From NCBI GenBank assembly GCA_035362935.1, contig DAOSEC010000001.1:71665-135664 (forward strand): a stretch of DNA of 64,000 bases, read 5' to 3'. The notes below the pieces were generated by a model. The model searched no databases, was not told the DNA's origin, and saw nothing but the letters and a program-made list of their open reading frames with translations. Source of the DNA: Bacilli bacterium. GTDB lineage: Bacteria; Bacillota_I; Bacilli_A; ML615J-28; CAG-313. Below are positions 37,986 through 50,486 of this stretch, piece by piece (position 1 is the stretch's first letter; the number at the start of each line of letters is the position of its first letter). The position numbers and the translations under genes were made by a program.

Positions 37986-39836
37986 ATGGAATTACCAGGT
38001 ATATTCAATTATGATATTATATTTGCCCTATTTTTAGGCTTTTTTGTATTGCTTGGAGCACATAAAGGTTTCGAGAAAATGTTGAAGTTAGTGTTAATAT
38101 TTATTATTCCAATTGTTGTACTTTATTACTTTGGAACAACCATTCATAAGTACATCCCGTCTTTGGAAATTTTTAATCAAGTTGTGGTATCAATTGGAAA
38201 CATCATTCCTGCTCTTTTGCCACACACCGAAGTAGTGAAATATTTGTTTATAGAAACGATTCTTTACTTAGTGATGACTCTCATATTAGCAGCTATCGCC
38301 AGCATGATAAAAATCAAGGCAAAAAAATCACTCTTAGAAATAAAAATGGTGTTATGGAAAAAAGTGGTAGGTGCGGTATTATCTGTAGTTTTATTTTATG
38401 TTTTTAGTTTTTATATGATATATCCATTACAACTTATCGGAATTAACTATCACAACAGCTATGTTGTTGAACCAATGGTTCAAAATGGTTTAGATGTCAT
38501 AAATGTTGCGCCTCTATTGAAGCATAAAGACAAAGTAATTCATGATTATGTAAGTTTTACTGAAGTAGAATCCAGTTTGCTTGGTAATGAAGCAAAACAT
38601 GCCTATCAAGAAATTGTTAAAATCCAAAATGACATATTCACATTTGAAATGAGATTTATGGATATCGTTTATCCAGCATTAAGAACCAATGCAAGAGATG
38701 CATTGCTTGCAAATAAAACCTTCGTTGATCCACTCAATCCACATAGAGGATTCGCAAGTGCTCTCATAGTAGAACAAGGTACGTTACTATACTATGATAT
38801 TTTAATCGCATTAGAACAAGAAAGCACCAGCATTGCGATCGTAAGAAGCGAATATGATACCGTGTTAAAGTATAGAAGTATGATATCCTTTTTCTATGAC
38901 ATTCTAAATGGCGAGATACTTCTTGATTATGAAGATATGACAGATGCATCCATCAAAAACGTGCTTGATTCTTATGTCACCTATTTTGAAGATAATATGA
39001 CAAATAATGTAGCATTTCAGTTAATATTAATACAAATATACGATCGTATCACAGCTTATTATCTATATGGCAACTTGATGGGATGTGCTGTAAATGAACT
39101 TACCAGTTGTGCCTTATCGATTACTCCAATTGTAGATACTCCAAAAGTGTATCAAACACAAATGAGACAAGATATTACAAATCATATCAATATTGATCGT
39201 ATTATTGCGTATGCTGTTGATGGATTCCAACCGGATGCCTTAACCACATTAGGGTTAAGCAATCAACACATTTCTAAATTGTTAAAACAAAAAGAAAGTT
39301 TTGTGCGTTATACAACTTTTTATAAAGAATCTGTAGATGGCAACGAATATAACATTAGTTTTGCTAATAAGGTAATGATGGCTATGATGAATAACATCAA
39401 ATACAAAGAATTGCTCCTACGATCAAATTTACTACGAGCTTACATGAATGATTTAGGAAGCAACTATCAAAACAAACTACAAATCACAGATAACATATAT
39501 ATATCAAGTGAAACGTTTAATATGAATATGGCACTAATTGACATCATATTTCACACTGAAATTTGGGATGGAACACAACAATTAAATGTCGGAGATATGG
39601 AACGCTTGATAGACAAAGTTCAATACTATGTTAACAATAAAATAATAACACAATCATATGCGCAAGAACTAATGAACCATTTGGTCTTTGGACAAGACAA
39701 TTATCATCAAAGTTATCTTATTGATATCATTGAAGCCAATCAAGTATCGAATGCTGCACTGAACTATTTTATCAACTCCAGTGCTACATTTATTTCACAA
39801 GAACTGAAAGATCAAATTGCTAGTTATTTACCATAG
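37986..39836 (+). CDS. CvpA-like N-terminal membrane domain protein with a ~450-aa extension
   Basis: The N-terminal DIIFALFLGFFVLLGAHKGFEKML parallels the CvpA D(I/L)I...G..KGF motif. It has 4-5 TM helices and then a long soluble domain. Confidence 0.5.
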   Translation: MELPGIFNYDIIFALFLGFFVLLGAHKGFEKMLKLVLIFIIPIVVLYYFGTTIHKYIPSLEIFNQVVVSIGNIIPALLPHTEVVKYLFIETILYLVMTLILAAIASMIKIKAKKSLLEIKMVLWKKVVGAVLSVVLFYVFSFYMIYPLQLIGINYHNSYVVEPMVQNGLDVINVAPLLKHKDKVIHDYVSFTEVESSLLGNEAKHAYQEIVKIQNDIFTFEMRFMDIVYPALRTNARDALLANKTFVDPLNPHRGFASALIVEQGTLLYYDILIALEQESTSIAIVRSEYDTVLKYRSMISFFYDILNGEILLDYEDMTDASIKNVLDSYVTYFEDNMTNNVAFQLILIQIYDRITAYYLYGNLMGCAVNELTSCALSITPIVDTPKVYQTQMRQDITNHINIDRIIAYAVDGFQPDALTTLGLSNQHISKLLKQKESFVRYTTFYKESVDGNEYNISFANKVMMAMMNNIKYKELLLRSNLLRAYMNDLGSNYQNKLQITDNIYISSETFNMNMALIDIIFHTEIWDGTQQLNVGDMERLIDKVQYYVNNKIITQSYAQELMNHLVFGQDNYHQSYLIDIIEANQVSNAALNYFINSSATFISQELKDQIASYLP

Positions 39837-39863
39837 ACACTTTTTGTAAGGAGGTGAAGAAAA

Positions 39864-40891
39864 TGGAATTTCAAGATGGTTTAGACCTATCCGAAATCGT
39901 TAGAAGACAGGAACTTCAGGCTAAGATTAGAAAGAACCGTAAAGTGGATTTAAAAACGTTCAAAGATCGTATTGTTAGCGATCCAATGATGATTAAAAAT
40001 GTTGCAGGTCAAAATGAAACGACGTATGAAGAAAAAACGTTGTTCTTGAGAACCAATCCATTTTCTTATGATCCAAGCAAATCGAAGTTTGTTGTTGACT
40101 CCATTGAGGAATATATGATAACAGTTAAAGGAAAACATATGACATTTGGGAATCTAGTAAGAACCAAAGAGTTACCAACAAACATAAAAAAGAAAAATAT
40201 AAAAAAACACTTAAAAAACTGGATAGGTGAGTACGAAAAAACGAAGGATGAAATGTTAGACCTGATTGGAGCGAAAGTCGATGTGATTGGTGATATCGAG
40301 ATAAGCAAATTTTCGGTTGGAAAAGTAATATTCTATATTATTATGTTTATACTCAGTGCTATCATAATGTTCCGACACGATCTTGTTGTTAACTTATTAG
40401 GAAGATTAGCATTTATGAGAAATCCTATCCAAATGTTTTATCAAATCTATGCATCAAGCAGTTTCATTCCAATCATTGGTAGTGCAATGATATATGTGTT
40501 AATTGCATCGCTCTTATACTCCATCTATCACAACACTGTGTTAACCGATTTTAGAAATGACTATCGCCAGTCAAAGATTACACTTAATCGTTCGAAATCT
40601 ACCGTGACAAGAGATTTCTTATCAAGAGCGAACCGAGTATACAACTACTATATGAAAAATTATAAAAGTAGAAAGCTGAAACCTTATCCGATGGAACAAG
40701 TCATTTCGAAAGAAAAAGGGCTTGAATACATGAATCAGTTATCAGACTCGACGATTAAAAAAGCATCTCACTTTAAAAATCAAAAAAAGAAGTATCGATT
40801 CTACTCGTGGGTATTTTCCATATTACCTATTATTGCGGTAGCAGGATTTTATGGATATCTCATTTATGAAATAGCGAAGACTATATTTTAG
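39864..40891 (+). CDS. hypothetical membrane protein
   Basis: A ~150-aa N-terminal soluble part followed by 3-4 TM helices. SD AAGGAGG precedes the ATG at 39864. Confidence 0.45.
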
Positions 40892-40903
40892 GAGGACAGC
40901 TAT

Positions 40904-43123
40904 ATGAGTAAAGATAAAGAGAAAAAAGATATCATAGAGGCCATAGTAACTGCCAAAAAAACGAAAAGTGAAGCAGATCGTAAACAAGATTTAGAAGACA
41001 TCAAGAAAATTCTAGAACAAAAGGGAAAGAAGCAATCAACAGCCCATCATGAGAATGCCAAAGAAATTGAGCAACTGCGTACAAAAGTAGAAGACATTAC
41101 AGTGAAAGCAAGAAGCGAACTAAGTAGCAAAGATGCTATGCTAGAAAATGCTAGACTAGCAAATGAACAATTATCTAAGAAAATTGATGCATTAAATGAA
41201 AAACTACAGCTTGTACAACAAGAACAAATAGCACGAGAACAAAAGATATTAGAAGAAGCGAAAAAAGTTGAAGTTGAAAAAAAAGAGTATGTAGAAAAAT
41301 CACAATATGAACAGTTAGCAAAACACATTGAACAAAAATACAAGGAAGAAATGGCAGAATTAGAGAAAGTCTTACAACAAAAAATTAAAGAAGTAGAAGA
41401 CTTAAAGGTAAGTTTAGTAAAAGAAAAATCATCTACAATACCTGTTATTAACTCTGACCATCAAACCATTTCAGAGATCAAGCAAGATTTACAGTCAAAA
41501 AACATGTTAATTAGCAACCAAATGAATATGATAATTGGATTACAAAACCAAATTTTATCTAACTCTAAAGAAATGAGAGATTTTCAGTCTCGATATGATG
41601 CATTATCTAAAGCAGAAGCTAGTTTTCACCATAACCCACAAGACATAACAAACCAACAACAATATGTTCAGGCGGTAGAAAAGTTTAGTGAAAAGGCTGT
41701 GATCAAAGACACCCCAGTTAAAATTGATTATACAAAATCATTTAAAGAACGACTTGATAACATTTATCAAACGATACTTACGGAAGTAGTATCAGTCAAA
41801 GAAAACGAAATTCGCATGATTGAGAAACAGCTTAGCAGTTTTAAATCGAAATCTGATGATTTAACACTTAGACTAAAGCAAGAAAAATCAACCATTGAGC
41901 GTCATAATACAATTGATCAAGAGATTAAAAGTGTGAAACAACAATACGAGCAAGAAAAAGATGAAATGATTCGCCTAGAATCACGCCGTGAGGAGTTTCA
42001 AACGTATATTCAAAGTATTAAATCACAACTTCATATGAATATGGGAGAGTCTGGCAAACAAGCTGCGATCGCTAGATTAAAAGAAGCAAGAGATGGCTTA
42101 AGCCGGTTAGAGTATTTGACAAATACTCTACCAGGATTATTAACTAAAATTGAGCAATTAACGAAAACCAAAGAAAATATTCATGATCTATTTGTACGCA
42201 TTCGCTATCATGAAGACGGGTTGCTTGAATCTGAATATGAGTTAGAACAAATCAGTGAAGAAGTTGTAGAAATTCGACTTGACTTAAAAGAAAAACAAAA
42301 ACGAATCACGTCATTAAAAGCAAAATTACTAGAAGTACACAAAAAATACATTGTTAAGATAAAAGAGAAACAAGATGAGTGTGCTGGAAGAGATGCAAAT
42401 TGTGTTGATATTGAAGTAGAACAAGAACTTCTTATATTAATCAATCAAGCAAAAGCTGAACTAGAAAATATCGTTACTAGTTTTATAACAAAAGAAAATC
42501 GCAGAGTTGACTTAATGAACCGAATATCAAACCTAAAGAGTCAACGCGAAAAGCTCGATGAGTTATCAGAACTACTTGCAACTTTGGTAAAAGAACGAAG
42601 CGATTTAGAAACTGAAATTCAAGCGATGACAAATTATTTAGATAAAAGTGATGATTTGATCGCAAGCAATGAAGAATACCAGGCAATCATTTCGAAACGT
42701 CAAGAAATAGTGCAAGCGATTGAACAAACAGCCAAGGAGTTAGAATTATCTGTTGTTTCACTCAAGACATTGATACGAACTCGTAAAGATTATCAATATG
42801 ATCCATATGGAGCAAAGAAACTCGCTGAAATTGATCGAAACATCGAACTCACAAAGAACAAAGTTGAAGATGCGAAACTACGTTTACAAGAACTAGAATA
42901 TGAGAAGTCGAATATGATTCAAGATGATAGTTTAAAGGAATACGCAGCGATTGTTGAAAATCGAAAACGAATCAATGAACTGATTGATTTTAAGCAAACA
43001 AGATTAGATGAAGTAAATTTAAAAATTGAAGAAACGGATTTAGTCGTCAACGAAATTAATGATAATTTCCAAGAAATTGAACGACTAGAACAATTATTAG
43101 CAGAAGATGAAAATAGTTATTAA
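40904..43123 (+). CDS. 739-aa K/E-rich coiled-coil protein
   Basis: Heptad-rich, E/K/Q-dominated sequence throughout with no TM segment. AGGAGG SD present. Confidence 0.55.
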   Translation: MSKDKEKKDIIEAIVTAKKTKSEADRKQDLEDIKKILEQKGKKQSTAHHENAKEIEQLRTKVEDITVKARSELSSKDAMLENARLANEQLSKKIDALNEKLQLVQQEQIAREQKILEEAKKVEVEKKEYVEKSQYEQLAKHIEQKYKEEMAELEKVLQQKIKEVEDLKVSLVKEKSSTIPVINSDHQTISEIKQDLQSKNMLISNQMNMIIGLQNQILSNSKEMRDFQSRYDALSKAEASFHHNPQDITNQQQYVQAVEKFSEKAVIKDTPVKIDYTKSFKERLDNIYQTILTEVVSVKENEIRMIEKQLSSFKSKSDDLTLRLKQEKSTIERHNTIDQEIKSVKQQYEQEKDEMIRLESRREEFQTYIQSIKSQLHMNMGESGKQAAIARLKEARDGLSRLEYLTNTLPGLLTKIEQLTKTKENIHDLFVRIRYHEDGLLESEYELEQISEEVVEIRLDLKEKQKRITSLKAKLLEVHKKYIVKIKEKQDECAGRDANCVDIEVEQELLILINQAKAELENIVTSFITKENRRVDLMNRISNLKSQREKLDELSELLATLVKERSDLETEIQAMTNYLDKSDDLIASNEEYQAIISKRQEIVQAIEQTAKELELSVVSLKTLIRTRKDYQYDPYGAKKLAEIDRNIELTKNKVEDAKLRLQELEYEKSNMIQDDSLKEYAAIVENRKRINELIDFKQTRLDEVNLKIEETDLVVNEINDNFQEIERLEQLLAEDENSY

Positions 43124-43766
43124 AGAGGAATTAACCAGAATATTACCCAAATTTAATGTCATTGCTTACACACTCGATGTACAAGTTACATCGAGTGATG
43201 TTATTGAACCATACTTGTTGGAACTAGAGGCACAAATTAAAAATCATTATACTTTAGAAGAGGTACTTACAATACCTCTGATTAAGGAAGCAAGAGATGG
43301 ATACAAACGATTAGGAAAAGATCCAAGTAGGTACCGACTAGCGGTAGAGTCACTATATCGAAGATTGGTCAAAGGAAATGATCTTTATCGTATTAACAAT
43401 GTCGTTGATGTTGGGAATGCATTATCAATTATAACAAAACGAAGCGTATGTGTAGCAGATGCTGAAAAAATTGATGGAGACATCATCATTCGAATTGGTC
43501 AAGAAAGCGATATATACGAAGGAATTAATCGAGGAGTACTAAATGTCACAAACATACCGATTTATGAAGATAAGATTGGCCCTTTTGGGTCAACTACATC
43601 TGATACTCATCGTACTGCAATTACACAAGAAACAAAACAAGCACTCGTTATGATTATTTGTTTTAGCGATACAGAGCTAGAAGAGCATGCTTCACAATTA
43701 CAAAAATTATTTCAAATATATGCTTATTCCAAAAATATAAAACAAATTCCAGTGTTTAGAAAGTGA
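43107..43766 (+). CDS. B3/4 domain protein (PheT editing-domain-like, stand-alone)
   Basis: The [12 protein letters not shown]...[12 protein letters not shown]...E segment matches the B3/4 domain motif n.vVD.tNy......p.hafD..ki.g.i.vr. It overlaps the upstream ORF end by 17 nt. Confidence 0.55.
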   Translation: MKIVIKEELTRILPKFNVIAYTLDVQVTSSDVIEPYLLELEAQIKNHYTLEEVLTIPLIKEARDGYKRLGKDPSRYRLAVESLYRRLVKGNDLYRINNVVDVGNALSIITKRSVCVADAEKIDGDIIIRIGQESDIYEGINRGVLNVTNIPIYEDKIGPFGSTTSDTHRTAITQETKQALVMIICFSDTELEEHASQLQKLFQIYAYSKNIKQIPVFRK

Positions 43767-43773
43767 GGACATT

Positions 43774-45405
43774 ATGGATCAAACATCCAATTTTATCAAA
43801 ACCATTATGGCTGAAGATTTAGCTAGCAAAAAACATACAGAAATTATTACAAGGTTTCCTCCTGAACCGAATGCTTATTTGCATATAGGTCATGCTCGAG
43901 CAATCATTACGAATTTTGAACTTGCAAGAGTATTTGGAGGGAAAACAAATCTAAGATTTGATGATACAAATCCAGCAAAAGAAGATGTTGAGTTTGTTGA
44001 GGCAATCAAAGAAGATATAAAATGGTTAGGATATACTCCACACAAAGTGTTGTATGGGTCCGACTATTTTGAGGAAACTTATCAAAGAGCAGTTCGCCTT
44101 ATCAAAAAGGGACTTGCCTTTGTTTGTGATTTGTCACAAGATGATATGACAAAATATCGTGGTACACTTACCGAACCCGGAACGAACTCTCCTTATAGAA
44201 ACCGTAGCGTTGAGGAAAACCTAACCCTTTTTCAAGCAATGAGAGAAGGAAAATTCAAAGATGGAGAAAAAGTCCTAAGAGCAAAAATTGACATGAGTAG
44301 CCCGAACATGAATATGCGTGACCCGGTTATCTATCGGATTTTACATATTCACCACCACAACACCAAGGATGCTTGGTGTATCTATCCAATGTATGATTTA
44401 GCTCATCCAATCCAAGATGCGATTGAAGGCATCACACACAGTTTGTGTAGTCTTGAATATGCGGATCATAGACCGCTTTATGATTGGGTGGTAGAACATT
44501 GTGAAATGGAACTAGTTCCTCATCAATACGAATTTGGACGTTTAAACATTACAAATACCATAATGTCAAAACGCTATTTAAAGCAACTTGTGGATTTAAA
44601 GAAGGTGAAATGGTATGATGACCCGAGAATGCCTACGTTAGTTGGATTGCGCAGAAGAGGGTTTACTCCAGATGCAATTCGTAACTTTATTTTAGATACA
44701 GGGCTTTCGAGAACCAATTCGACAACTAGCTATGAAATGTTAGAACACTTTTTGCGGGAAGATTTAAAATTAAAAGCCAAACGTGTGATGGCAGTAATTG
44801 ATCCATTAAAAGTTGTAATTACCAATTATGAGCATGGCATTGAGTATTTAGATGCACATAATAATTCAGAAAATGAAGAATTAGGAACAAGAAAAATTGC
44901 ATTTTCAAAAAATCTATACATTGAGCGAGAAGACTTTATTGAAGAAAAACCAAATAAGCATTGGAAGCGTTTGGCCAAAGGTGTTGAGGTTCGTCTAATG
45001 AATGCATATTTTATTACCTGCAATGACGTTATTTATGATAGTGATGGATCAATTAAAGAGATTCATTGTACCTACGACCCACTAACAAAAAGTGGATCAG
45101 GATTTAATGAACGAAAACCAAATGGAACGATACATTATGTAGAAGCATCAACGGCAATCGAAGCAACATTTAATTTATTTGACTCACTGCTGATTGATGA
45201 CGAAAGCAAAGAATCTTTCTTAGATCGAATCAACCCTAATTCATGGACAGTTCAAAAAGGATATGTAGAAACATCTTGTTACAATACACTACCAGAAGAT
45301 AAGTTTCAATTTGTTCGAAATGGATATTTTAGTACCGATTATGATTCGAAGGAAAACGCCTTGATATTTAACCGTACCGTTAGTCTCAAGTCTTCGTTTA
45401 AATAA
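43774..45405 (+). CDS. glnS: glutamine--tRNA ligase
   Basis: RFPPEPN.YLHIGHA HIGH region and LRFDDTNP. A 543-aa length fits GlnRS rather than the shorter non-discriminating GluRS. Confidence 0.8.
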   Translation: MDQTSNFIKTIMAEDLASKKHTEIITRFPPEPNAYLHIGHARAIITNFELARVFGGKTNLRFDDTNPAKEDVEFVEAIKEDIKWLGYTPHKVLYGSDYFEETYQRAVRLIKKGLAFVCDLSQDDMTKYRGTLTEPGTNSPYRNRSVEENLTLFQAMREGKFKDGEKVLRAKIDMSSPNMNMRDPVIYRILHIHHHNTKDAWCIYPMYDLAHPIQDAIEGITHSLCSLEYADHRPLYDWVVEHCEMELVPHQYEFGRLNITNTIMSKRYLKQLVDLKKVKWYDDPRMPTLVGLRRRGFTPDAIRNFILDTGLSRTNSTTSYEMLEHFLREDLKLKAKRVMAVIDPLKVVITNYEHGIEYLDAHNNSENEELGTRKIAFSKNLYIEREDFIEEKPNKHWKRLAKGVEVRLMNAYFITCNDVIYDSDGSIKEIHCTYDPLTKSGSGFNERKPNGTIHYVEASTAIEATFNLFDSLLIDDESKESFLDRINPNSWTVQKGYVETSCYNTLPEDKFQFVRNGYFSTDYDSKENALIFNRTVSLKSSFK

Positions 45406-45411
45406 TGAATC

Positions 45412-47514
45412 ATGACTGTTGATTATCGTTTATTAAACAAACCACAATTGCAAGCGGTACAAGATACAGAAGGACCAGTCATGGTATTTGCCGGGGCAGG
45501 AAGCGGAAAAACAAGAACACTCACTTACCGTGTTGCTTATATGATTGGCGAAAAAAACATTCCACCACACAAAATATTAGCAATAACTTTCACCAACAAA
45601 GCGACCAAAGAAATGAAAGACCGGTTATATCGGTTACTTGGACCGGTTGCTTCCTCAACAAATATTTCGACATTCCATAGTTTGTGTGCTCGAATATTGC
45701 GTTCGGAAATTACCCACTTAGGATATTCAAAACATTTTGAAATCATTGATGAGGATGATCAACTAAAGGCACTAAAAGAAGCAATGAAACAAGCCAATCT
45801 AGACATCAAAAGGTTCTCAGCAAAGGGACTTCTCGCAAAAATCAGCAACTTTAAAAATGGAGTAGATGATCTCATTGAACTATTTCAAAAACCATATCAT
45901 GCTTATCAAGCGTATTTAAAGCAACACAGCTTGGTTGATTTTGATGATTTGCTTGTACTAGTTCATGAACTATTCTCCACCCATCCTGAGATCTTAGAAA
46001 AATATCAAGCCTATTTCCATTATGTGTTAGTAGATGAGTTTCAAGACACCAATGACATTCAATATGAAATCGCTAAAATGATTGCCGGTAAACGGTCTAA
46101 TTTGTTTGTTGTTGGTGATGACGATCAAAGCATTTATAGTTTTCGCGGTGCTAATGTTGCAAACATTAAGCTTTTTCAACGTCATTATCCACAAGCGAGA
46201 ATGTACATCCTTGATCAAAACTATCGTTCGACTCAAACTATTCTCGATGGAGCGAACCGACTCATATCAAACAACCAAAACAGACAAAAGAAGTCGTTAT
46301 GGAGTGATAAAAAAGGGATGGTAAACGATGTTGCTTTTTTTCAAGGGTATGATCACATTGAAGAAGTAAACTATGTTGTAAGTAAGATTCGAGAATATTA
46401 CCGTGAAGGATATAACTATGATGAGATTGCGGTACTGTATCGATCGAATGTGATCTCTCGAAACTTTGAACTTGCTTTAATTCAAGCAAGAATTCCCTAT
46501 AAGATTTATGGTGGGTATTCGTACTTAAAACGCAAAGAAGTAAAAGATGCTTTGGCATATTTGCGTTTGATTATCGATCACTCTAACATCGTAAATTTTG
46601 AACGTATTATTAACGAACCATCAAGAGGTATTGGAGACAAGACAGTAGCTAAAATTATTGATAATGTAAACATAAATGATATTGGCTTGTTTGATGCGAT
46701 TCGTTCGATGAAGGATGAAGTGCCAAAAAGCAAATATCAAGCATTAAATGATTTCATATATATGATTGAAGAATTGTCACTAAAAATCAACCATGTAAAA
46801 CTAGATGAGTTTTTTGATGAAATGATTGATAAAACAGGATATTTAGATGCGATAGAACAAGACGAGAATAAAGATGATCGCATTCAAAACTTAAGCGAGC
46901 TAAAAAGTGTGTTGGTTGAAATTGATAAAATGAGCGATGAGACACTCACGAATGTTGAAAAGTTACAAATTGCATTCGATGAGATTCTACTCAGTGAATC
47001 AGTTCAAGAAGAGCGTAACAAACCAAACGAAAAATCAATAACATTATCAACAATTCATTCTGCGAAAGGATTGGAATTTCATGTCGTGTTTGTTGTTGCG
47101 TTAGAAGATGAGATTTTTCCAAATCGTTACCGCGTGAACGAAGGAGAAGCAGACATCGAAGAAGAACGTCGTATCGCGTATGTTGCTGTTACAAGAGCAA
47201 AAGAAAAACTAATTCTAACCAATGCGAAAAACCGACTACTGTATGGTAGAACGATGCGACACCGTCCATCTTCATTTTTAACAGAATACGCAACAACCAC
47301 GAATGTTCAAACCGAGTATAAAAAAGAAGTTAAAGAAACAACTTCTAATGACAAAAACGACTATGTTTTAAGAGCGGGAGACCGAATTATTCATAAAGAT
47401 TTTGGCGAAGGAATTGTGGTTTCATGTGATGGGACAATCGTTCAAATCTTATTCCATCGTGACTCTAGCTTAAGAAAATTTATGGCTAATCATACGTCAA
47501 TTACAAAAATATAG
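45412..47514 (+). CDS. pcrA: ATP-dependent DNA helicase PcrA/UvrD
   Basis: The full SF1A motif set is present: AGAGSGKT, VDEFQDTN, GDDDQSIYSFRGA, QNYRS, and VTRAKE near the C-terminus. Confidence 0.9.
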   Translation: MTVDYRLLNKPQLQAVQDTEGPVMVFAGAGSGKTRTLTYRVAYMIGEKNIPPHKILAITFTNKATKEMKDRLYRLLGPVASSTNISTFHSLCARILRSEITHLGYSKHFEIIDEDDQLKALKEAMKQANLDIKRFSAKGLLAKISNFKNGVDDLIELFQKPYHAYQAYLKQHSLVDFDDLLVLVHELFSTHPEILEKYQAYFHYVLVDEFQDTNDIQYEIAKMIAGKRSNLFVVGDDDQSIYSFRGANVANIKLFQRHYPQARMYILDQNYRSTQTILDGANRLISNNQNRQKKSLWSDKKGMVNDVAFFQGYDHIEEVNYVVSKIREYYREGYNYDEIAVLYRSNVISRNFELALIQARIPYKIYGGYSYLKRKEVKDALAYLRLIIDHSNIVNFERIINEPSRGIGDKTVAKIIDNVNINDIGLFDAIRSMKDEVPKSKYQALNDFIYMIEELSLKINHVKLDEFFDEMIDKTGYLDAIEQDENKDDRIQNLSELKSVLVEIDKMSDETLTNVEKLQIAFDEILLSESVQEERNKPNEKSITLSTIHSAKGLEFHVVFVVALEDEIFPNRYRVNEGEADIEEERRIAYVAVTRAKEKLILTNAKNRLLYGRTMRHRPSSFLTEYATTTNVQTEYKKEVKETTSNDKNDYVLRAGDRIIHKDFGEGIVVSCDGTIVQILFHRDSSLRKFMANHTSITKI

Positions 47515-47607
47515 TGAGGTTTTCTCGCTATATTTTTTGTATTTGGAAGTCGATTTCAATTGTTCAACAACAAACAAAATGGTATAATAAGTAATAGAGG
47601 GATTACT

Positions 47608-50375
<2,768 letters not shown>

Positions 50376-50386
50376 AATATATAATG

Positions 50387-50412
50387 AAATGGTGGGGTTC
50401 CCACCATTTTTT
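50387..50412 (+). terminator. rho-independent terminator after ligA
   Basis: GGTGGG gtt CCCACC followed by ATTTTTTG. Confidence 0.7.
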
Positions 50413-50486
50413 GTTATGTAAAATTCTTGCAAATTTTTGTAAAATCTTTCTTTTCTGTGGTATAATAATAAGATAGAGGTGTTCAT

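Noticed and set aside
50376-50486. LexA (Cheo) box upstream of uvrA
   Set aside because: No CGAACnnnnGTTCG-like element is present. Only sigma-A-like hexamers were seen.
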